Assembly (NCBI GenBank): GCA_910577405.1
Contig: CAJTMG010000021.1
Coordinates: forward strand, 2,189-34,188
Length of the DNA: 32,000 nt
Source of the DNA: an uncultured Oscillibacter sp.
Lineage (GTDB): Bacteria; Bacillota; Clostridia; Oscillospirales; Oscillospiraceae
Direction of reading: 5' to 3'
Every line of letters starts with the position of its first letter. Positions within the stretch are counted from its first letter, which is position 1. The notes beneath the pieces are model-generated. The model saw nothing but the letters and a program-made list of their open reading frames with translations. It made no database searches and had not been told where the DNA came from. The position numbers and the translations under genes are program-made. Below, piece by piece: positions 25,699 through 32,000 of this stretch.

Positions 25699-27195
25699 AT
25701 GTCGGAAAAAGGGAATCTTACGGGACTGCGGGCGTACGCGTATCTGCGGAAATCCCGGATGGAGGAAGGCATGGACACGGAAACGGTGCTCCGGCGTCAT
25801 CGGGAGGCCCTGGAAGAATGCGCGGCGGAGCACGGTTTGTCAATACAGGCGTACTTTCCGGAGGTAGTCAGCGGTGAGAGCCTGTACGCCCGGCCCCAGA
25901 TGCTGCGGCTTCTGGAGGCGGTGGAAAAGGGGGAATGCGGCGCGGTGCTCTGCATGGATTTGGACCGGCTGTCGAGAGGCCGCATGAAGGACCAAGGCAT
26001 GATTCTGGACGCCTTCAAGGACAGCGGGACACTGATCGTGACGCCGGAAAAGATTTATGATTTGTCTGACGAGATCGACGACGAGCTTGCGGAATTCAAG
26101 ACCTTTATGTCCCGCCGGGAATATAAAATCATCAACAAGCGCTTACGGCGGGGACTCCAGCGGTCCATACGGGAGGGCTGTTATATTGCCAACGCGCCCT
26201 ACGGCTACCGCAAAACTGCTGTCGGCCGCCGTCCCACGCTGGAAATCTTCGAGCCGGAGGCAAAATTCGTCCGCGTCATGTTCCAGCTCTACGCCAGCGG
26301 TTACGGCTGCACATCCATTGCGGGACAGGTGAACGCCATGGGAGCGCGGCCACACCGGTCCTCCGCCTTTTCCCGGAACAGTGTGGCGAAGATTCTTCGG
26401 AACCCGGTCTACATCGGAAAAATCGTCTGGGATCAGAAAACCCACGTCAAAAAGAACGCCGGAGGCACGGTAAAGCGTCTCACAATCAGCAATCCGCCGG
26501 AGAAATGGACGGTTGCCGAAGGTCTGCATCCACCCATTATCGAGAAGGAGCTATTTGACCGCGTGCAGGAAATCATAGCGGGACGCTGCCGGCCTGGGAC
26601 GCATGATGGAAGCGTCAGGAATCCGCTGGCAGGGCTGGTACGGTGCGGTATCTGCGGCGGGCCTATGCAGCGGATGACCCTGAAAGGAGAAGCATACCTG
26701 CTGTGTCCCCGGAAGGGGTGCTGTGCGGCGGCAAAATTCACGCTGGCCGAGGGTCGGGTACTGCGGCATTTGGAGGACCTTCTGGCGGGGATGGAACCGG
26801 CGCTGTCTTCAGGCCGTCCGGATTTGCCGCTGCTGGAAACCGCCATATCGGATATCAGCGCCTCCCTGTCTGCCGCCCAACGTCAAAAGATCCGCCTGCA
26901 TGAGCTTCTGGAACTGGGCGAGTACGATTTGCCTACCTACCGGGCACGGATGGAGGCAGTAACGGAAAAGCTGTCGGAACTGGAACGGCAGCGCGAGGAA
27001 GCCCGTCTGCGTTTGGAGCAGGCCCTGCAAAGCCAATCAGAAAAGGTGCAAAGCGTGCTGGACGCCTACAGAACCAGCGATGCGGCACAGAAAAACGCCC
27101 TTCTGCATTCTGTTATTGAGCAGATCACATACTACAAGGAAAAGAAGAGCAGACCCGCCGATTTTCAGCTTGAGTTTATACTGAAACCCGGTTGA
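25699..27195 (+). CDS. Large serine recombinase (SpoIVCA/CisA-like) of the mini-element
   Basis: SD GGAAGGAGGG 4 nt upstream of ATG 25699. AYAYLRKSRMEE...LCMDLDRLSRG is the catalytic domain. A recombinase domain and Zn ribbon (CGICGGPM...LLCPRKGC) and a coiled-coil tail follow. Confidence 0.9.
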   Translation: MSEKGNLTGLRAYAYLRKSRMEEGMDTETVLRRHREALEECAAEHGLSIQAYFPEVVSGESLYARPQMLRLLEAVEKGECGAVLCMDLDRLSRGRMKDQGMILDAFKDSGTLIVTPEKIYDLSDEIDDELAEFKTFMSRREYKIINKRLRRGLQRSIREGCYIANAPYGYRKTAVGRRPTLEIFEPEAKFVRVMFQLYASGYGCTSIAGQVNAMGARPHRSSAFSRNSVAKILRNPVYIGKIVWDQKTHVKKNAGGTVKRLTISNPPEKWTVAEGLHPPIIEKELFDRVQEIIAGRCRPGTHDGSVRNPLAGLVRCGICGGPMQRMTLKGEAYLLCPRKGCCAAAKFTLAEGRVLRHLEDLLAGMEPALSSGRPDLPLLETAISDISASLSAAQRQKIRLHELLELGEYDLPTYRARMEAVTEKLSELERQREEARLRLEQALQSQSEKVQSVLDAYRTSDAAQKNALLHSVIEQITYYKEKKSRPADFQLEFILKPG

Positions 27196-27239
27196 CGCTC
27201 TGCTCTTCCAAAAAGTATTGACGCCGCTGCCTCTTTCTC

Positions 27240-27335
27240 TCGGCAGGAATCATAAATTTTCCTGGTATGGATGCAAACCGCCTCACGGATGCCGCTGAAA
27301 TCCGATACGGGACCGGGCATTACTTTCTCGGGCAT
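27240..27335 (-). CDS. N-terminal segment (32 codons) of the interrupted host ORF
   Basis: Minus-strand SD AGGAGGT 7 nt upstream of ATG 27335. It encodes MPEKVMPGPVSDFSGIREAVCIHTRKIYDSCR and then runs into element DNA. Confidence 0.6.
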
Positions 27336-27438
27336 TGCAATTACCTCCTGAATAAGTAGCTGTGTGAAAGAACAAAGTCCTTTCAATCCAGTGTATGCAG
27401 CGGCGGAGGGTTGGTGAAAGTATAGGACGGCGGAAAAG

Positions 27439-27489
27439 AACGCGGCTTTCCCATAACCGGAAGCAGTCAAAGGAAAGCCGCGTTTTTTC
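27439..27489. terminator. Stem-loop terminator between the DUF3048 gene and the interrupted ORF
   Basis: AACGCGGCTTTCC (27439..27451) is the perfect complement of GGAAAGCCGCGTT (27472..27484). TTTTTT follows on the + strand and CTTTTCC follows on the - strand. It lies 20 nt downstream of the minus-strand stop at 27509. Confidence 0.5.
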
Positions 27490-27508
27490 TGTTGTTTCTA
27501 TGCTATAT

Positions 27509-28594
27509 TCACTGATAACTCAGGCTTCCGGTTTTGGGCGAGATAAAGCAGACGTAGCTGTTGCCCTTTCCCATTGCCAGCGGCCGGCCGTTCTGGAGGG
27601 TATAGACAAGCGGATCGTCTCTTCCATTTCGTTCCCAGAAAATCGGAATTGCCTTACCGCCGCAGAAATAGGTACCGTCGCCGCCCTTGATGGTCTGGAC
27701 CCGCAGACGGCCCTCAGAATCCAGGATCTGCATGGAGGTCTCCAGCACCAGAAGATTCACTGTGCTGACCTGCTGACCGTTGCCGCCGTCCACATGAGCC
27801 TCTCCGTACTGGCTGGCCTGATAGGTTTTGCTAGCGGGGTCGTAGTCAAAGAGTCCGGTTTTGTAATTGGAGAATTTCACAGTCACCTGCTCCGCCGTCT
27901 CGCCGTTTTCCGGGGTTCCGTCCTCTGCAAACGCCTGTAAATAGTGGTACGTCCCGGGATGCTCCAATTCAAAACCGCTCCGGCCCAGATATTCCTGAAT
28001 CTTCTCTCCGGAGGTAACCAGGCTGTGCTCGTAACCGTTGTTCCGTTTCCTGTCCGGGTCTCGCCAGAAGATTTTCGCGTCCTCGCCGCCCCGCACGCCG
28101 TCCATGTTATCCACGCGCCATTTTCGGATATCTGTGTAAGCCTCCTGACTGCCCCCGGCATGGACCAGCAGCGCGTCATGACCCAGGGCCAGCTCGATAT
28201 AATAGGGCCGGGTGGAACGGACGCTCCCCAGAAGTTCCACGCCCTCCAGAGACTGATAGACCGCCAGCATCCGGGTAATGCCCCCCTCCGCCGGGACCTC
28301 ATAAATCACGTCCGCCTGGGAAATGCCTATCTGCGGCTGGGCCTTTTTGATATTGTTCAGCATCACCGCTACGGGCCGTTTTGCCATTTCCTCCGGCTCA
28401 ATGGGCAGACCCGTCAGAGGATTGGTGCCCGCAGGGACGTAAGGCTCCGGCTCTGGTTCCGGCTCCGGTACTGGCAGCGGCTCCGGAGCCTCCACTGGCG
28501 GCGGCTCTTCCACCGGAGGCAGCTCCTCCTTTTTGCCGCAGGCCGTCAGGACCACCAGCAGCGCCGCCATCAGGAACACCAATACTCTTTTCAT
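27509..28594 (-). CDS. DUF3048-family lipoprotein (YerB-like)
   Basis: Lipobox LVVLTAC, a Pro/Glu-rich linker, then NPLTGL...RPVAVMLNN...QADVIYEVPAEGGITRMLAV, typical of DUF3048. Confidence 0.75.
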   Translation of the reverse strand: MKRVLVFLMAALLVVLTACGKKEELPPVEEPPPVEAPEPLPVPEPEPEPEPYVPAGTNPLTGLPIEPEEMAKRPVAVMLNNIKKAQPQIGISQADVIYEVPAEGGITRMLAVYQSLEGVELLGSVRSTRPYYIELALGHDALLVHAGGSQEAYTDIRKWRVDNMDGVRGGEDAKIFWRDPDRKRNNGYEHSLVTSGEKIQEYLGRSGFELEHPGTYHYLQAFAEDGTPENGETAEQVTVKFSNYKTGLFDYDPASKTYQASQYGEAHVDGGNGQQVSTVNLLVLETSMQILDSEGRLRVQTIKGGDGTYFCGGKAIPIFWERNGRDDPLVYTLQNGRPLAMGKGNSYVCFISPKTGSLSYQ

Positions 28595-28893
28595 CGTACA
28601 CCCGCCTTTCCGCAGTTCTTATCTGTTATGATACCAACCCCCGCCGGTATCGTCAAGCCGCTTTCTGACAATTTCCATCAAATTTCGCGTTTGGCGGACA
28701 AAGGGCTTGTGCTTTCTATAAAAAGGGCGTATAATAGGAATGATATTCCCGCAAAAGAATGGATGCCCTCTTCATGCTGTGCAATGACAGAAACCAGTAA
28801 CTATCCAACGTCTTTTACAGCTTCCAGCGCCTCCGCACTCCGGATAAATACAAAATTTTTCATTCCTAACTCAGATAAGGGGGGACCGACTTT

Positions 28894-29412
28894 ATGCCTG
28901 GTTTTATACAGGACCAGCTTGAGATTAAATTTCTGATACTCTACATTGCCGCCCGGGTGATTGAGCCTATCCCTTTTGATACCATGCTGGATCTGACAAT
29001 GTGCGATGACGCCATTGACTATTTCGATTTCTCCGCCTGTCTCGCTGACCTGGTAAAGACCCAGCATCTGCGGTTAGAGAAGGATTTGTATGCCATCACG
29101 GAAAAAGGCCGCCGGAACAGCGCCATCTGCGAGACGAGCCTGCCGTACTCGGTGCGGCTGCGGTGCGACCGGAACCTTTCAGAGTGGAACCGGAAGCTGC
29201 GGCGGCGGAATCAGGTACGGGCGGTGACGGAAAAGCGCGCCAATGGGACATATACCCTGCGGCTCTCTCTGGACGACGACATCGGCAGCGTGATGGATCT
29301 GCGGCTGATGATTGTCCATGAGGAGCTGGCCAAGACCCTGGCAGCGCGCTTTCGAAGAGAACCGGAAAAGCTGTACAACAGTATCCTGAGCCTGCTTCTG
29401 CAAGAAGAATAA
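28894..29412 (+). CDS. DUF4364-family protein
   Basis: SD AAGGGGGG upstream. The N-terminal QLEIKFLILYIAARV...PIPFDTMLDL pattern matches my memory of DUF4364. Confidence 0.55.
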   Translation: MPGFIQDQLEIKFLILYIAARVIEPIPFDTMLDLTMCDDAIDYFDFSACLADLVKTQHLRLEKDLYAITEKGRRNSAICETSLPYSVRLRCDRNLSEWNRKLRRRNQVRAVTEKRANGTYTLRLSLDDDIGSVMDLRLMIVHEELAKTLAARFRREPEKLYNSILSLLLQEE

Positions 29413-29443
29413 GAGAGATATGAACAAGCCGGAAGGAGAAGCT

Positions 29444-30028
29444 ATGATGAAGAAATGTATGCCGATGGTATTCCTGACGCTGATCTGTGTGGGGTGCCTT
29501 TGGCTGATGACGCCCCGCCCGGAGCTTCTGGAGAACGACGCTCCCCAGGAAGACAGCATCATGATTCCCGATGCTCAGGTTCCTCTGGCCGAAGCTCCCG
29601 CAAGCTCTGCCGAGGACCCCTACGCCCAGTTTTCCGACAGTCAGCTCAATACCCTCCGGGAGGTGCTGGACCTGGTGAACGACGCCCGGGAAGCCGCCGG
29701 AGTGGACGCGCTGGCTCTGGACCCTGCCCTCTGCGGCGCGGCACAGCTCCGGTCCGGGGAATGCGTGAGCAAGTTCAGCCACACCCGGCCCGACGGCTCC
29801 AGCTACAAGAGCGCCATTTCAGAGGCCGGCGTCTCCTGCGGGTACACCGGTGAAAACGCCGCTACCGGGCAGTCCAGCGCGAAACAGGTGGTGGACTCCT
29901 GGCTGAATTCGGAGGGACACCGGGCCAATATTCTCAACAGCAATTATACCCGGCTTGGCGTCGGCTTTGCCCCCAATACCGGGAATCACTACCAGGGCTA
30001 CGCGTGGGTGCAGCTCTTTGCTGATTAA
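29444..30028 (+). CDS. Secreted CAP/SCP-domain protein (YkwD-like)
   Basis: SD GGAAGGAGAA precedes ATG 29444. A signal/TM segment (MPMVFLTLICVGCLWL) is followed by NDAREAAGV..L..D..L...A..R........FSHTRPDG...GEN...G......VVDSWLNSEGHRANIL...YTRLGVG. Confidence 0.75.
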   Translation: MMKKCMPMVFLTLICVGCLWLMTPRPELLENDAPQEDSIMIPDAQVPLAEAPASSAEDPYAQFSDSQLNTLREVLDLVNDAREAAGVDALALDPALCGAAQLRSGECVSKFSHTRPDGSSYKSAISEAGVSCGYTGENAATGQSSAKQVVDSWLNSEGHRANILNSNYTRLGVGFAPNTGNHYQGYAWVQLFAD

Positions 30029-30041
30029 ACCGATGAAACTG

Positions 30042-30087
30042 AAAAAATCGGGAATCCTCCTGAAAAGAAGGGTTCCCGATATTTTTA
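30042..30087. terminator. Bidirectional intrinsic terminator between convergent genes
   Basis: AAAAAA, then ATCGGGAATCC (30047..30057), a 12-nt loop and GGGTTCCCGAT (30070..30080, one G.U pair), then ATTTTTA. Confidence 0.6.
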
Positions 30088-30097
30088 TGCACATTTT

Positions 30098-32000
30098 TCA
30101 GCGAATGACCACGTTTTCCTTTCCCAGGGTTTCCTCCGCCTCCTGGATCAGGGCTTTATGGAGAAGGACATGGGTTTTGATGACCTTCCGGGTATCCGCC
30201 ATGACCATCTTGACCAAGGTGCCGCCGGGGAACATTTTGAAGACCAGCTTCATATGCCGCAGGGTTGGGTCCTCCTCCGACGGAAATTTCAGGAAGAGCG
30301 TCTCCCCCTGTACCCGCTTATTGCCATTGGATACAGGAGCGGCGGGCAGATTCTGCTGGCTGTCCAATGGCAGAACCTCGTCGCACATCAGCTGGGGCGG
30401 CTTGTCGTCCCGTACCGAAAGGCGTCCCCGGACCAGCAAGGCGCTGCCGGCCTGCAAGTACGCCGAACAGGTATCCAGAGTCCGGCTGAAGCAGATCATT
30501 TCTATTGTCGCGGCGTCGTCCTCCAAAGAGACGTAGGCCATCAGGGAATTATTCCGGGTAGTCCGTGTCTTCACCGTCGCCGCCACCGCGCCAAAGGTTA
30601 CCCTCTGTCCGTCGGCAAAGCGTCCGCTCTCCAGGCCGCCCTTGATCTCGCTGATGGACGGCAGTTTCATCCTCCGCAGATCGTCCCGGTAGGAGTCCAT
30701 GGGATGTCCGGAGAGGTAAAGGCCGGTTGTTTCCTTCTCCATAGCCATGCGCTCATTCAGGCTGAATTCTGGCAGATCGGGCATAGAAATTTCCGCGTGT
30801 TTCGCTGGCACGCCGTCCATGGAAAAGAAATCCATCTGGCCCTCCAGGTTCTGTTTCTGTCGTCCGGAGGCGTCAGCAAGTACCCGCTCGCAGACCGCCA
30901 GAAGCTGTGCCCGCCGCGCCCCGGTGCCGTCGAACGCTCCTGCCCGTATCAGATTTTCCACCGCCCGCCGGTTCATATCCGTACCCGTCAAACGCTGGCA
31001 GAAGTCATAGAAGGACGCAAAGGGGCCTTTTTCCCGCTCCCTGACCATGGCCCGGATAAAGCCCCGGCCGATGCTCTTGATGGCTGCCAGCCCGAAACGG
31101 ATGCCCTCCGGTTCCACCGTAAAGCCGTCCTCAGAATGGTTCACGTCCGGCGGCAGAAGGGGGATTCCGCAGTCCCGGCACTCGCTGATATAACCGGCCA
31201 CTTTCTCCGTATTATCCAGCACGCTGGTCAGAGCCGCCGCCATGTACTCCCTGGGATAGTGGCACTTGAACCAGGCCGTCTGATACACCAGGACTGCATA
31301 GCTGACCGCGTGGGCCTTGTTGAACGCGTACTCAGCAAAATCGTAGATCTTCTCGTAAATAATTTTCGCCGCAGTCTCCGGAACCCCGTTGGCGATGCAG
31401 CCGGAGATATGCCGATCCGGGTCGCCGTGAAGGAAGGGCGTCCGTTCCCGTTCGATCTCGTCCGCGTGCTTCTTGCTCATGGCCCGCCGCACCATATCCG
31501 CCTGTCCCAGGGAGTAGCCCGCAAGCTGCTGGAAAATCTGGAGGACCTGCTCCTGATAGACAATACAGCCGTAGGTATTGGACAAAATAGGTTCCAGCTT
31601 TGGATGGTCGTAGCGGACCATAGCAGGATTTTTGGCGCACTCCAGGAATTGGTTGATGGAATCCATAGGCCCGGGCCGGTAGAGGGCGATGATGGCCGTC
31701 AGGTCCTCGATGCTTTTGGGCTGAAGTCCCACACAAACGCCGGTCATGCCTGTGGACTCCATCTGGAACACGCCGGAGGTCCTTCCCGCGGAGAGCATTT
31801 TGTAAGTTTCCGGGTCCCCTGCCGGGATGTCCTCCAGACGGAAGCCCGGTTCCTCAGCCTGCACGGTCTTCACCGCGTTGTCCAGAATGGTCAGGTTCCG
31901 CAGGGCCAGGAAGTCCATTTTCAGCAGGCCCAGACGTTCCAGCGTGTTTTTCTCATACTGGCAGACCAACACATCGTCATTCTTGGACAGGGGCACGTAC
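30098..32000 (-). CDS. dnaE: Host DNA polymerase III alpha subunit DnaE, 3' part (the 5' end is beyond the window)
   Basis: GVFQMESTGM, IVYQEQ, FNKAHAVSYA, a helix-hairpin-helix region and a C-terminal OB-fold-like tail; GC-rich codon usage. Confidence 0.9.
   Translation of the reverse strand, partial: YVPLSKNDDVLVCQYEKNTLERLGLLKMDFLALRNLTILDNAVKTVQAEEPGFRLEDIPAGDPETYKMLSAGRTSGVFQMESTGMTGVCVGLQPKSIEDLTAIIALYRPGPMDSINQFLECAKNPAMVRYDHPKLEPILSNTYGCIVYQEQVLQIFQQLAGYSLGQADMVRRAMSKKHADEIERERTPFLHGDPDRHISGCIANGVPETAAKIIYEKIYDFAEYAFNKAHAVSYAVLVYQTAWFKCHYPREYMAAALTSVLDNTEKVAGYISECRDCGIPLLPPDVNHSEDGFTVEPEGIRFGLAAIKSIGRGFIRAMVREREKGPFASFYDFCQRLTGTDMNRRAVENLIRAGAFDGTGARRAQLLAVCERVLADASGRQKQNLEGQMDFFSMDGVPAKHAEISMPDLPEFSLNERMAMEKETTGLYLSGHPMDSYRDDLRRMKLPSISEIKGGLESGRFADGQRVTFGAVAATVKTRTTRNNSLMAYVSLEDDAATIEMICFSRTLDTCSAYLQAGSALLVRGRLSVRDDKPPQLMCDEVLPLDSQQNLPAAPVSNGNKRVQGETLFLKFPSEEDPTLRHMKLVFKMFPGGTLVKMVMADTRKVIKTHVLLHKALIQEAEETLGKENVVIR

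Larger units (their letters stand above)
23912..27239. mobile_element. 3328-bp intervening element carrying a SpoIVCA-like serine recombinase
   Basis: It is flanked by TCTTTATC (23904..23911) and TCTTTCTC (27232..27239). Deleting exactly one repeat-to-repeat unit fuses the ORF pieces 27240..27335 and 23534..23911 in frame. Confidence 0.7.

Noticed and set aside
27395-29782. Long ORFs 27395..27940 (+), 27944..28936 (+), 27883..28302 (-), 28381..28668 (+) and 29096..29782 (-)
   Set aside because: They lie antisense to, or out of frame with, the DUF3048, DUF4364 and CAP-domain genes. Their Arg/Pro/Gly-rich translations are typical of stop-poor alternative frames in GC-rich DNA.
1-32000. Search by eye for CRISPR arrays, tRNA/rRNA genes, IS-type terminal inverted repeats and long tandem repeats
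   Set aside because: I found no regularly spaced direct repeats, no cloverleaf-like segments in the few intergenic gaps, and no transposase-like ORFs. Absence is based on visual inspection only; tRNAscan-SE, Infernal or CRT would be needed to be sure.

Overview
The window joins two very different DNAs.

(1) Bases 1 to ~23530 are the AT-rich right arm of an integrated temperate phage with SPbeta-like gene content. Almost all genes are on the + strand:
- a phage DnaE-type polymerase, a SleB-like hydrolase, ThyX, a dNMP kinase and a deoxyribonucleotidase;
- an anaerobic RNR gene (nrdD) split by a td-like group I intron that carries an HNH homing endonuclease, followed by NrdG and a dUTPase;
- many small Zn-ribbon proteins, a SLOG/DUF2493 protein, a PAPS-reductase-like PP-loop protein and a Lar-like protein;
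- a tight cassette of two 'FETNSSSTHS' paralogues, a radical SAM enzyme and a membrane protein, then a ParB-like protein;
- a minus-strand moron pair, and a large serine recombinase at the very end (22015..23523).

(2) From ~23550 onward the DNA is GC-rich Clostridia-type chromosome. It carries a DUF3048 lipoprotein, a DUF4364 protein, a CAP-domain protein and the 3' part of host dnaE.

The most interesting structure is at the junction. A host ORF on the minus strand appears to be cut twice. A 3328-bp mini-element (23912..27239) with its own SpoIVCA-like serine recombinase is flanked by a TCTTTnTC octamer, and deleting it fuses the two flanking ORF pieces in frame (...IYDSCR|DKDCIEDL...). About 380 bp further on, the phage interrupts the same ORF. 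This resembles a doubly interrupted 'skin/SPbeta-type' developmental gene.

The second candidate novelty is the uncharacterised phage cassette at 15620..17761 and the duplicated Zn-ribbon modules around it.

No tRNA, rRNA or CRISPR array was seen. All family names come from motif recognition by eye; no searches were run.
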